From NCBI GenBank assembly GCA_951406725.2, contig OX597834.1:40486001-40550000 (forward strand): a DNA stretch of 64,000 bases, in the 5' to 3' direction. Below the pieces are notes generated by a model. The model saw only the letters and a program-made list of their open reading frames with translations, had not been told where the DNA came from and searched no databases. Shown in pieces: positions 1 to 14,798 of this stretch; the first letter of the stretch is position 1; each line of letters starts with the position of its first letter. Source of the stretch: Octopus vulgaris (Eukaryota). Made by a program: the position numbers and the translations under genes.

Positions 1-1450
1 AGTATGTTACTAGTACCTAGGCATAGGCGAAAATGTATCATATGAAGGCACTGTGCATAAAGATAGAGCGACCCGAGAGTATTACACTAGACTTAGGAAA
101 ATATGGCAGTCGGAACTCTCCTCTTACAACAAAACAATATCCCACAATGCATTTGCTGTACCAGTGCTGATCCCAACATTTGGGATACCTGATTGATCTG
201 TAGAGAAAATCTACTCCATAATATATCAAAGCCCGCAAAATCCTGACAACAACTGGGAACTTCCGCAGAAACAGTGATGTTGACAGGGTCTACCTAAGAA
301 GAAATGAAAGTGGTAGAGGCCTGAGATCAGTGCAGACGGCCTTCGAATGCCGTATGGTATCACTCAGGCAGCTTTTGCTAAACAACAACAGCAAAAATAA
401 ATATATCAGTGCAGTCCTGTACGGAGTTGGCAGTGCACTCCTCAAGAAACACTCTCTTCCTGGTAGTCTACTATACATCCCCCAAACAGCTGGGCTCTCT
501 TAACTCAGAGAAGACACGAATGGAAAGCACTCAGCATACAAAAAATAAAAAGACCATGCATAGGTATGTTGCCCGGAAGCTTGAAGAAGACAGTAGAGTT
601 GACACGAAGCGCAGCCTCTCTTGGATACAAAACCACTACATCACATCACACTTTGAGGGCTATGCCTTTGCAATCCAAGAACAGGAGATTACCACCAAGT
701 ACTTGGCGAACAAGAGAGACAGTGACGCTCTTGTAATCCCAAGGTGCAACCGCATGTGAAGGCTATGTCATGTTTCTGTGGAAGACATCATGCATGTGAT
801 TAGCAGCTGTCCTAAAATGTCGTCACGGTACTACCTCCCTATGCGGCACGATGTTGTTGCTAAAACAATTTACAATGCCATCCGCAAAAAGACTGTCCTG
901 AAATAAACTTTTAAAATCTCTCTGTTACGGAATACTTTCATAAACACCAACTCAAGGAAAACTGGTGGAATATTCCCATCAAAACTTCCGTCAAATGTAA
1001 ACATAACAAGCTGGATATTGTTGTTTGGGACAGAGGGGCAAAGGTATGTGCCACCATAGAGGTCAGCTGCCCTGCAGATATAAATATCTCTTTGAAAATC
1101 AAAGAAAAAGAGGATATCTAGGGACAACTGCTTCGAAACCTACAGCTTCCATATCCAGTCAATGAATTCATATTCTTACCGATAATAATTGGAGCACTAG
1201 GTTTTGTTAGTAAATGCTTAAAGGAGAATCTGGATAAACTGGGATTTTCAGAAAGAGAAATCGACCGGCTCATTCGTACATTACAAGTTCAATCTGTGAG
1301 TGGAACAGTAAAAATATGCAAGACTTTTCTCAAATTCCAAATGCGAATTTGTCTGTGTTAACTACATCCCAAAGATGGAGCCTTGTATCTTTGTAAGAAA
1401 CCAGTTCCCTCCTCAGTGGAAGGTTTATAGCTATTAAAAAATAGAAGAAA
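1..1450 (+). pseudogene. Degraded RLE-type non-LTR retrotransposon (R4/Dong-like), 3' part, running off the window start
   Basis: Manual translation gives DRVYLRRNESGRGL, FEGYAFAIQEQ, zinc knuckle M*RLCHVSVEDIMHVISSC (first Cys replaced by a stop), MRHDVVAK, KHNKLDIVV..IEVSCP (PD-(D/E)xK nuclease region) and PIIIGALG. Multiple stops and frameshifts; followed by (CATA)n at ~1452-1471. Confidence 0.85.
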
Positions 1451-2027
1451 CACATACATACATACATACATAAGGATTTAAAGGATGACGGTTAAATCAC
1501 GATACCTTCCTTCGCTACCTTGCTACTGGACAATGGAATCGTCCACACACGAACGGACGGAATGGGTGCTACTTGAACAGATTTGAACTTATGTCTACAC
1601 GAACAGAAGTAACCTGGTTTTAAACAACAGTAACAGCAGCAACAATAACAACAACAGATTCAGATAAATCAATACCGTGAAAGTACATACACTGGAACCG
1701 AGAATGGAAACCAAAACTCTTTTAGCGTATTTAAATGAGCGTTTTATGACGTAAGACATGTCCGCCTTTATTGGTTCTAATGTAATATCGTTATGTATGG
1801 TTTTTATAGGAAGCAGAAGGTCAATTTGGAATAATATCGCAAGGAGCGCGGGCAATGGACATTTAAAACAAAGGAGAATTTTTTAAAACTCTTTCTCTTC
1901 CATCTTCATCATCTTCTTCTACACTTTTTCTCCCTCAGACATTGATTCTCATACCTGGTGATGATGGAGGCTGCGGAGGCACGGTGTAAGCAATGATAAG
2001 ATTAATTTCGAGATTCGCTGCTCTACA

Positions 2028-4280
<2,253 letters not shown>

Positions 4281-4967
4281 AGATAATGTCCTCATAGGTT
4301 TACCATCCATTTCATATTGTCTTCCCAACAAGATGAAGTTAACGGAAGGTCGGCAACAGCAACAGCACCCACAACAACAACCACAACAACAACAAGAAGA
4401 CCAACAGTGACAATGAATTGCTAGTAGTCACCTAGAGAGAAGGGTAGATGGAGAGTCGGGTAGGGGAGAAGACTGGAGGAATGTTACAGATCGGAAGAGT
4501 CAGAAGCATACACACACGCACAGCCGCAAATACACACATGTACACACACTCCTACGAAACAGACACACACAAACATACACACACACACACACACACACAC
4601 ATGGGGGCATGTGTGTATTATTATTATTATATACGATACGAATATTACAGGCAAACCCGCACAGAAGAGGGACATAAATACACATTGCGATAAGATAAAG
4701 GAATTGGGTAAAAACCTATGAGAAACACAAGGAATGAGGTGGCGCGTATGAAGAGGATGTATATGTGCGTGGGTACGCGCGTGTGTCTGTGTATGCACAG
4801 ACATATACATATATATATATAAGTGTGTGTATATGTATAGACAACAAAAGAATTCCGTATATATATATATATATACACATAACTTAGAATAACTTAGAAA
4901 GGTTTTTGGCCAGTATTGGCCCAGGCCATGTCTAACTTAATAGCACCACCTGGCGAAGTCTTTCAGT

Positions 4968-7900
4968 TCAGGATTTGGGCACCAAGGCCCATTCGAGCAG
5001 AGAGTTATTGTTTGCGGAGACATATCCGGGTGTGGATGGTTTGTCCGGTACTGTTTGAAGGAATTTGTCCAAAGACTTCTTGAATTTTGTGTGGTCAGTT
5101 TCTTTTTTGACGTGTCCTGGTGTAATGTTGAAGAGAGCGGGTCCAATTGAGGTGAAATAGTTGTGCCGTATTGTCGTTATGTGATGCGATTTAGATTTTT
5201 GTTGTGGACGGATGGCACGTGGTCCAAGCCTTGGATGCATTTTGAAGGTGATGCCAACATCATTCGGACAGTGCTGATGGAATATTTTCCACATCATACA
5301 GATAATGTAGCGTTCACGGCGTCGTTGGAGTGAATACAATTTCAGCTTCTCTAGTCTACCCCAGTAGTCAAGGTCTGACATGCCATCTATCTTTTTTGTG
5401 ATTGACCTTTGGGGAGCTTCAATTCTCATAATATTTTGTTTTGTGTAGGGAGACCACAGTGGACAGCAGTATTCAAGGTGGGGTCGGGCAAAAGTGGAGA
5501 AGAGAAGGATAATATTGTGGGAATCTCTCGACTGGAAGGTTCTGAGAATCCAGGAACACATTCTGCAGGCCATGTCAACTTTGCTGCTTATATGTGTAGC
5601 CCAGCTTATGTTGTTGTCCACTGTTACTCCCAGGTCTCTGATGTTGTTGGATGCCATGAGAATTTCTCCAGAAGGAAGAGAGTATGGGAGTTTCAGAGCG
5701 TCCTCCCTTCCAAAGTGGATCAGTTCGAATTTGTCTTCATTTAGCAACATGTTATTCTTTTCCGCCCATTGGACAACAGCTAGTAGGTCTGACTGAAGGT
5801 TTATTCGGTCATCCACGCCATTGATGACCTTCTGGAGCTTGGAATCATCAGCGAAGGTTCTGATGTTGCTGTGTTTGATGGTGTCAGTAATATCATTTAT
5901 GTAGATGATGAAGAGAAGTGGGCCCAACACAGTGCCTTGTGGGACACCACTGCTGACTTTGGCTGGGCTGGATTTGACTCCTTCGACTACAACATGTTGG
6001 GTTCTGTTAGAGAGGAAGCACTTGATCCATTGCAGCAGCTTTCCAGTGACACCAATATTGGACAGCTTTCTCAGAAGGATCTTATGATCAACCCTGTCAA
6101 AGGCCTTGCTGAAATCAAGGTAGATGACATCAGTGTTGGAACCCTCTCCCAAGGCTCTCAAAATGTCATCAAAATGATGCAGTAGCTGCGTCAGGCAATC
6201 TCTCCCATTACGGAATCCATGCTGGTTGGGGTTCAGCATATTATGACTCTCAAGGAAGTGAGTCATACGCGATCTCAGCACCCTCTCAAATACCTTGATG
6301 ATATGAGAGGTGAGTGAGATTGGACGGTAATTCACGGCAAGCGATTTGTTTCCTTTTTTGAAAACTGGGACAACAGACTGGGATAGAAGGTCTTCTGGTA
6401 TATATCCAGCATCCAATGAGTTCCGCCACAGATTGGCTAGAGGGGGTGCAAGTTGGTTTTGACACATCTTCAAGACACAAGCAGGGAACCTATCGGGACC
6501 TACTGCTGAATTATGCTTCATTTCCTTTATTGCTGCTAAGACATCAGGAGCGCCAAATGTTATGTCCGATAAAGTGTATTGGGGAGTAACATCACTGATA
6601 CAGCCCAGATCAGTCATATCAGGATTGCTGAAAACAGAGCAATATTGTTTCTGCAATATTTCTCCCATGGTTTTGGCATTGTCTTGAAGAATACCATTTT
6701 CATCAATCAGAGGGCCAACAGCAGAACCAGTGACTCTGTGTTTTTTTGCAAATGAAAAGAACACTTTGGGATTGAGTTTGATCTTCTCAATGGCCCAGGC
6801 CTCTTCAGCTCTTCGCTGACTATTGATGATAGACATCATGTTGTTTTGGAGTTTATGTTTTTTAATCTCTAGCGACGAGATGGCAGTCAGGTTGGTGTGT
6901 TGCTGTTGACAGTATTTCAGCATGTTGATCTTTTTGTTGATTCTTTTAATTTTCCTTATGAGAGATTTTCTATTTCTAGGGATTCGACACTTAGATTTGT
7001 TTGCAGATCTTAATGGGGTGTGTCTTGCACATATGTTCGTGATGGTGTCTACAAGTGACTGCCAGGACTTTTTGATGTTAGTGGGTGTGTATGTGTGCGT
7101 GAAGGACCAATCGACTTGTGCAAGATCATTATTGATCGCTTCCCAGTTTGCATTGTGGAAATCCATAGTGTCAAATGGATGAACAGGAGGGATGACATTT
7201 GTTTTGCATTTTGGCCAGTGAAATCTCAGATCACAGAGAACCATGTCATGGTCGGAGAGTAGGGTTTTCTCCACTGCAATATTGTGGATAGTATCAGTGT
7301 GATTGCTGAAAATTAAGTCTAAGACGTTTTTGTGACATCTCGTTGGTTCGAGTACCAGTTGGGACAAGAAGAAGTCATCCATGAAGTCAAGAAGCGATTC
7401 CACTGCCTCCCTGTCAGGGGTTGAGAGAGAAGAACCTGGCGGCAGACTGTTTATAGACCAGTCAACCCCGGGAAGGTTGAAATCTCCCATCATTAAAATG
7501 TTGTCAGGTTGACACTGCTGAATGAAACACTTTATGCTGTTGAGGCATTCCTTGAAGCATGGTACGGGCGTTTGGGGTGGTCTGTAGAGCCCAACTACTG
7601 TTAAGTTGTTGGTTTGACTGAATACAGCGACTGCTTCGCAGTATCCATTCGAAAATATGTTCATGGCTTCTGTTGAGAATGAATCATGGACATAAATGGC
7701 AGTCCCACCCTTTCTTCTGCCAACACGATCAGCACGAATGGTTTTGAAATTTTTAACTTTCACCTCGGCTTCCAAGTGGAGGTCACTAAGATGGGTTTCA
7801 GTGAGGACGAAGAAAGGGATGTGGTTTGGATGGGCCTCGACCCAGTCCTCCAGGAATCTTATCTTCCATTTTTGTGTATTGGTGGAAGGGCTGATGCCTT

Positions 7901-7985
7901 GGGCATTAAGCAGAAATGTTGAGGCGAGAGTGGATGGTTTTAATTGTTTTGGTGATTTGTTTATTTGATTGCTTTTTAATGGCAT
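4968..7985 (-). CDS. LINE ORF2: apurinic-like endonuclease + reverse transcriptase (1005 aa)
   Basis: APE motifs LLNAQG, LTETHL, GLYRPP, MGDFN, LDLIF, LSDH. RT motifs PVFKKG, NYRPISL, QHGFR, YLDFSKAFD, SGVPQG, FADD, RDLGV. C-terminal RPHLEY and LYSLQRRRERY typical of the CR1/L2 group. Confidence 0.97.
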   Translation of the reverse strand: MPLKSNQINKSPKQLKPSTLASTFLLNAQGISPSTNTQKWKIRFLEDWVEAHPNHIPFFVLTETHLSDLHLEAEVKVKNFKTIRADRVGRRKGGTAIYVHDSFSTEAMNIFSNGYCEAVAVFSQTNNLTVVGLYRPPQTPVPCFKECLNSIKCFIQQCQPDNILMMGDFNLPGVDWSINSLPPGSSLSTPDREAVESLLDFMDDFFLSQLVLEPTRCHKNVLDLIFSNHTDTIHNIAVEKTLLSDHDMVLCDLRFHWPKCKTNVIPPVHPFDTMDFHNANWEAINNDLAQVDWSFTHTYTPTNIKKSWQSLVDTITNICARHTPLRSANKSKCRIPRNRKSLIRKIKRINKKINMLKYCQQQHTNLTAISSLEIKKHKLQNNMMSIINSQRRAEEAWAIEKIKLNPKVFFSFAKKHRVTGSAVGPLIDENGILQDNAKTMGEILQKQYCSVFSNPDMTDLGCISDVTPQYTLSDITFGAPDVLAAIKEMKHNSAVGPDRFPACVLKMCQNQLAPPLANLWRNSLDAGYIPEDLLSQSVVPVFKKGNKSLAVNYRPISLTSHIIKVFERVLRSRMTHFLESHNMLNPNQHGFRNGRDCLTQLLHHFDDILRALGEGSNTDVIYLDFSKAFDRVDHKILLRKLSNIGVTGKLLQWIKCFLSNRTQHVVVEGVKSSPAKVSSGVPQGTVLGPLLFIIYINDITDTIKHSNIRTFADDSKLQKVINGVDDRINLQSDLLAVVQWAEKNNMLLNEDKFELIHFGREDALKLPYSLPSGEILMASNNIRDLGVTVDNNISWATHISSKVDMACRMCSWILRTFQSRDSHNIILLFSTFARPHLEYCCPLWSPYTKQNIMRIEAPQRSITKKIDGMSDLDYWGRLEKLKLYSLQRRRERYIICMMWKIFHQHCPNDVGITFKMHPRLGPRAIRPQQKSKSHHITTIRHNYFTSIGPALFNITPGHVKKETDHTKFKKSLDKFLQTVPDKPSTPGYVSANNNSLLEWALVPKS

Positions 7986-9202
7986 GTGTAGTGGGGTAAT
8001 AGTGGTGGATGGCGGTGGGTGATAGCTCGGATGTTTTTTTCCAGTTCTTTTGCTAGATTCATTATAGCTAAAAAAGAGGAAGAAGAGGTGGTTTCCTGTC
8101 TAGGGAACCGCAGGTGACTGTGGCTGCGGCTATTTTTATGTGAGTGGTTATCTTTAAATGTCCGACGAGTCCCCGGGAGATGGGTAAAGGGGCAATCCCT
8201 GTGCAAACACAATCTGTCTCGCTGGGAATAGCGGCAGATTTGGGGATTCCTTGTTTGAGATATTGGTGGTTGTGGTGATGTATTATGGTGGTTGCTGTTG
8301 TAGTTTGTGGGGATAGAGCGTTTTGTTCCAGGTAAATGGGTGAATTTGCAGTCTCTATCAGTGCACAGTCTATGGCGAAGAGAATATCGGCAAATGATGG
8401 GGTTTCGAGTGGGTGTGTAGGTGCGTGTATGTGTGTGAGCTGTGAAAGGTGTAGATGATAGTTTGAAGTTTTGGCGACCTTTGTGACCTGTAGGAGGTAA
8501 ATTCCTTGAGATAGCATTAGTAGTAGTAGCTGTAGTAGTAGTAGTAGTAGTAGGTAGAAGAGATGTTGACGGTGGTAATGATTGAGGAGGTCGATTCCAA
8601 GACAAAGATGTTTGTCGATATATAGTGGGAGTAGTACTAGTAGTAGTAAGCAGAGGAGATGGTGTTGACAATGATGATGATTGAGCTGCTGGGGCAGTGA
8701 AAGGAAGGGGTGGTGCTTCCTGCTGTGTGACCCTGATGACTGGGGGGTCAATCGTTTCATTTAGCAAATCGGCCATTGTAGATGAATCAAGGAGTGGTTC
8801 ATCCTGTTGTTGTTGTTGAGGTTGTTGTTGTTGCCTCTGAGGTTGTTGCTGCTGAAGTTGTTGTTGTTGCTGTAACTGTTGTTGTTGTTGTTGTTGCCGC
8901 TGAGTTTGTTGTTGTTGAGGTTGTTGTTGTTGTTGTTGCGCCGGTGATGCGTTGGAAGAGAAAACAGATCTCAGTTTATCGAAGTGTTTATTTATTAATT
9001 TAAAAGCAACTTCGATTTGTTTTAATTTATTTTGGATCTGCTGTTCAGATCGAGTTTGCAAATGGTGAACTGTTCGTTTAGCAATTTCGTTCAGACACGA
9101 AGCACCTATGCTCTCTGTTTCGGTAAGGCCATGCCATGTGTTGATAAGAACGTCGACTTCATTATCAGACCAGTTTTTGTTGGATTTTTGGTGGCTAGCC
9201 AT
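7976..9202 (-). CDS. LINE ORF1 (408 aa): Myb/SANT-like N-terminus, polyQ and S/T/P-rich linker, two CCCH zinc fingers
   Basis: WSDNEVDVLINTW...IAKR...RSEQQIQNKLKQI fits a trihelix/Myb-like pattern. Repeated ICRYSLRHRLCTDRDCKFTHLPG and ICRYSQRDRLCLHRDCPFTHLPG (C-x8-C-x4-C-x3-H). Lies directly upstream of, and overlaps, ORF2. Confidence 0.88.
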   Translation of the reverse strand: MASHQKSNKNWSDNEVDVLINTWHGLTETESIGASCLNEIAKRTVHHLQTRSEQQIQNKLKQIEVAFKLINKHFDKLRSVFSSNASPAQQQQQQPQQQQTQRQQQQQQQLQQQQQLQQQQPQRQQQQPQQQQQDEPLLDSSTMADLLNETIDPPVIRVTQQEAPPLPFTAPAAQSSSLSTPSPLLTTTSTTPTIYRQTSLSWNRPPQSLPPSTSLLPTTTTTTTATTTNAISRNLPPTGHKGRQNFKLSSTPFTAHTHTRTYTPTRNPIICRYSLRHRLCTDRDCKFTHLPGTKRSIPTNYNSNHHNTSPQPPISQTRNPQICRYSQRDRLCLHRDCPFTHLPGTRRTFKDNHSHKNSRSHSHLRFPRQETTSSSSFLAIMNLAKELEKNIRAITHRHPPLLPHYTCH

Positions 9203-9955
9203 TCTGGTTGATATGTTTTATTAAATTTTATTTTGTTCGTTCGTTTTGTTGATTACTTTTAATTATTATTATTATTTTTTTTTTTTTTTAAGGAGAAGTA
9301 TGTAGAATTGATTGTACAGAATGTTTGTTGTAATACTGAGAAGTTTGTATTTGAATTATGAGCTTGTAGTTATTTTATCTTTCTTTTCTTTTTTTTCCCC
9401 TCTTTTTCTAATTTTTAATGTGTGGGTGATCCTTTAGTTATCAGAAGGTGTTTGAAAATATTTGGTCGTTTGAAAATTATGAAAATAGTTTGTGGTTAAG
9501 GAAAAGTCTACTCACGAGTTGGGAAAAAGCGTGGTTTCAAATATACAGGAATATATGTGATGGTCAATTACGACGAATGTAGCTGTGAAGCTTGCTGCTG
9601 ACCGGCGCAGAGAGGAATGTATGTATGTATGTATGTATGTATGTATGTATGTATGTATACACACACACATTCATGCATATATATTTTTAAGAATACATAT
9701 ATGTACATTCTTACATACATACGTACATACAAACATGCATGCATGTATGTATACATATATGCACATATATATATATGTATAGAGGTGTGAGCGCTGATAC
9801 GTACATACACACACACACATACATTTATATATATATGCACACATACATACATACATACATACATACATACACACACATACATACATACACACATACACAC
9901 ACACATACATACATACATACATACATACATACACATACATACATACATACATACA

Positions 9956-9989
<34 letters not shown>

Positions 9990-10359
9990 CACACACACAC
10001 ACATTGACACACATACATCTAACGATACGAGCCGGATGCAATCTCGGAATACCATCACTCTATCGGATGGCTATTAAAATCTGAAGGCACAAAAGCTGTG
10101 TGCATGGCTGGGAAGGTGTTTCCCAGCGGAAGGTGACTTTTATGCTCGATGCAGACGGCGTAGAAATGGTGGAATCTGCCGTATAATATTGGATGGGTGG
10201 ATTGACAATGGATGTTTTGTGAGGGAAATGAAATAGAAACAACAAATGCAGGTTCATGTTCTCCACATTGTCTCTGTTTATTTATGTGTGTTTGAAAATA
10301 TTGAAGCAACATATAAATGTGTGTGTGTCTGTGTGTGTATGGGTGTGTGGGTGTATAGG

Positions 10360-10428
<69 letters not shown>

Positions 10429-10441
10429 GGATCGATCGATC

Positions 10442-10528
<87 letters not shown>

Positions 10529-10529
10529 C

Positions 10530-10615
<86 letters not shown>

Positions 10616-11318
10616 CAGTTGTCGATGGCCTATGTTTCATATATTGAGCTGATTTAAGTACATAAAAACTGATAGAATGAGAAAGAGAGTGTACTCCACT
10701 GAAGATACGCAATGGTCAAGGGACGGTGTTAACCACGTGACAGACCCAAGTCTGCTGGGCAAGGTTTGTAGGGGAGAAAGTGAATGCGTTGTATTTGAGT
10801 GTGTAAGTTGTGTTTCTATGAGTACAAGTATGTGTACGAGAATACGTGATTAAGACAGAGAGAGTACAAGTATGTGTGTGTTTGTGCGAGTGTTTGTGAG
10901 AGTTTATACTAATCAGCGATTTATCCGCGAGATTTGAATGTGCATACAGACACGTGTGCAAGTCTGCAAAGATGTGAGTAGATGTTGTGATATATGAATG
11001 TCTGTGTGCTTAAATAAATAGCAGTGTGCAAATACGTCTGCACTTCAAGCGCTAGAATCATGCGACACTCAAAAGTCTAGATAAATAATTTTAAAAAGCC
11101 ACGGCTCGTAAAATATTCCTAAATTTTAACTGTTTAGAAATGTTTCCAAAATTTAATTCAAACGGAATGATGTTGTATGGTTTGGGAAGAATTTTGTATA
11201 AACCTTTAGCATAAGATGGTGAAGAATGATATATATATTTTGTGGGTGTATATTTTGTGGTTTTTCACCTAAACCGGAACAAACTGGCAGAAATGCATTC
11301 GCTACTGTGCATATAGGT

Positions 11319-11395
<77 letters not shown>

Positions 11396-11464
11396 TGTGT
11401 GTACAGGTGTATTGTATGCGATTGCGTACTTAATTGTATCTATGGACATGTATATGTGTGTGCG

Positions 11465-11495
<31 letters not shown>

Positions 11496-11560
11496 ATGTG
11501 TGTGTGTGTGTGTGTTAAACACTGCATGCATGTATATATGCATAAGTAATCATGTACATG

Positions 11561-11622
<62 letters not shown>

Positions 11623-11700
11623 GTACACACACACTCGTACATGTTTACATGCAGATACATGGGTACAAGGTGTGGCCAATAAATAAACGCACACACGAAC

Positions 11701-11735
<35 letters not shown>

Positions 11736-12192
11736 CACACGCGCACGCATAGAGGCGCGAGCGCACCTACTTTTGTCCACGGCTGCAATTTGTCACTGCG
11801 TTATTTTGTAATGTTTGTGGTTTATTGGGCGAACACTTCGACGCGTGTTGCTTGGGCGGTGTTTGATGGACTCCATAACTCAAGTCTGCTTTGATCTCAG
11901 GAAGGAAGTATGATGGTGTGAGCAACCACGTTCCCTACATATCAAAGTCACGTTTTATTTCAATAGATTCAACATTGACCGACTGGTGACATTTTCCACT
12001 GAACTGCAGTTGCTTCCCTGCATCGCTTTTATTGCCACACAAAACCGACTACAAAGGAACCGGATAAATTATAGGTTTCGCATTCAATTAATAAGACTTT
12101 CTAATTAAAACTAAGTAATCACGCTCCAGTTTAATCATACACATATGCGCATACGCACACATGGTATGATGTGAATATGTGCGTGTGAGCGT

Positions 12193-12252
<60 letters not shown>

Positions 12253-12253
12253 C

Positions 12254-12284
<31 letters not shown>

Positions 12285-12569
12285 ATGTATATATATATAT
12301 GCATGTATTTGTATTAAAATGTATACATGTATATATATATATATATATATGTATGTGTATATACATACATACATATATATATGCAAACATACATACATAC
12401 ATACATACATACATACATACATACATGCATACACACACGTACATATACGTCCATGATTCTATAAGCATATGGCTACGAGTATTATATATGTGTATATATG
12501 TATATTTATGTGTGCGTGTGTATCTACATATAAACGTATGTTTGTAGGTATATATGTAGAGCTATATGC

Positions 12570-12612
<43 letters not shown>

Positions 12613-13149
12613 GATAAATATAGATGTGTATATGTATGTGTGTACATCTATATATATAAACATACACATACCAGTATATATATATCTGTATGTCTGTACG
12701 TCTGTAAGTATGTACGTATGTGTGTGTGTACGTATGTATGTATGTATGTATGTATGTATGTATGTATGTATGTATGTATGTATGTATGTATGTATGTATG
12801 TATATGCATGTATGTATGCATATGTGCGTACTCTTCATAATTACTCGAGTAAGCAGTGCGTGTCTATAGTGTATACGGATATGTTGCATGTACAGCAAGG
12901 TTAATTAACTATTAAGTGTGTGTATGGTCTTGGATGTGTACGTGTGTATGCGTATGAGTGTGCATGTGCTCGTATGCATGTGTATGTATGATGCACATTT
13001 AACCATAGGCTAGCTCAAATTACGCTTTAATTGAACATTAAACTAAAAATATTTTACTAAAGCAAAATTATAGTAATATAATCTCGTGGTAACGTGTTTA
13101 ATAACAACGTAGGAGCCATTAAATAGAGAACAAGAGAAGAGGGCAAAGT

Positions 13150-13236
<87 letters not shown>

Positions 13237-13252
13237 GATGGATGGATGGATG

Positions 13253-13318
<66 letters not shown>

Positions 13319-13321
13319 GAC

Positions 13322-13372
<51 letters not shown>

Positions 13373-13375
13373 GAC

Positions 13376-13459
<84 letters not shown>

Positions 13460-13764
13460 GATGGATGGATGGATGGATGGATGGATGGATGGATGGATGG
13501 ATTGTTGGTGGGTGGGTGGGTGGATGGGTGGGTGGGTGGATGGGTGGATGGGTGGGTGGATGGATGGATGGATGGATGGATGGGTGGGTTTGTTTTGGTG
13601 AATGGATGGATGGGTAGGTGGGTGTTTGGGTGAATGGAGTGATGGATCGATGGATCCATCGATCGATCGATGGGTGGATGGATGAATGGGTGGATGGATG
13701 AATGGGTGGGTGGATGGATGGATGGATGGATAGATACATGAATGAATGGAATAATAGAGGGAAT

Positions 13765-14125
13765 TTTCTTCAGGTCGAGTAACCCATCCCGCTCAAAAGG
13801 TCCCTGAATAAGGGTTGTTTAAGGATGTTGAACGAAACACCCATGTTTCCAGAGGTGAATTATTCAAGCCACAAAGAATCCCTCTCAACACATGGCTACG
13901 ATGCTCCCCCACTACTTCTGCTCGTGATCAGAGATGCACATATCGTCAGCCACTAAGGGACATACTCAACTGGTTAAGGTCAAACAACTGACAAGCAAAT
14001 CTGTGGTATTGAGCAGAATATTTGCTGTAGCCCATCTTTTATACCAAGACAAAACAATGTACATGATAACACTTCCAATCAGTTAAGATCAGAAGCCATG
14101 AGAGCCACTGCCTGGTACTGCATCT
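13765..14125. mobile_element. Interspersed repeat, unclassified retroposon-like
   Basis: A reverse-complement related copy lies at ~50280-50500; this copy abuts an (ATT)n tract. Confidence 0.6.
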
Positions 14126-14165
14126 GAGCATCTATTATTATTATCATTATTATTATTACTACTAC

Positions 14166-14201
<36 letters not shown>

Positions 14202-14237
14202 CATTATTATTATTATTATTATTATTATTACTACTAC

Positions 14238-14273
<36 letters not shown>

Positions 14274-14318
14274 CATTATTATTATTATTATTATTATCAT
14301 TATTATTACTACTACTAC

Positions 14319-14366
<48 letters not shown>

Positions 14367-14372
14367 TACTAC

Positions 14373-14444
<72 letters not shown>

Positions 14445-14720
14445 CGTTATTAAAACAACATGAATGACAAAAAGATAAATTGCGGCAGTAATGACAACAG
14501 CTAACATTTTAATAGAGGCAATATAACAGAGACAACAGCAGCCACAACGACGACGGCGACAGTAACAATTATAAGAACAATGAATAGGGAGACAAAAACA
14601 ACAACAATACCAACAACAGCAATTACAGAGACATTAAATGCAAGATGGTTGACAATAGTTATGAAAATCGATCATGTAACAGCAACAACAGTATTAACGA
14701 CAATAATAATAATGATAATA

Positions 14721-14798
<78 letters not shown>

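Larger units (their letters stand above)
4880..9617 (-). mobile_element. Apparently full-length two-ORF LINE, CR1/L2 group
   Basis: Uninterrupted ORF1 and ORF2. Short 3' UTR with hairpin GGCCA-gtat-TGGCC (4908-4921) and a tandem 10-mer tail (TAACTTAGAA x2 on +, 4880-4899). About 400-bp 5' UTR. Both flanks are microsatellite; the 5' boundary is approximate and no TSD is discernible. Confidence 0.9.

Noticed and set aside
5409-9003. Plus-strand ORFs within the LINE and the 230-aa alternative-frame ORF at 8068-8760
   Set aside because: Antisense or shadow frames of ORF1/ORF2 with no recognisable motifs.
4860-9670. Target-site duplication for the intact LINE
   Set aside because: Both flanks are simple repeats, so any match such as TATACACA is uninformative.
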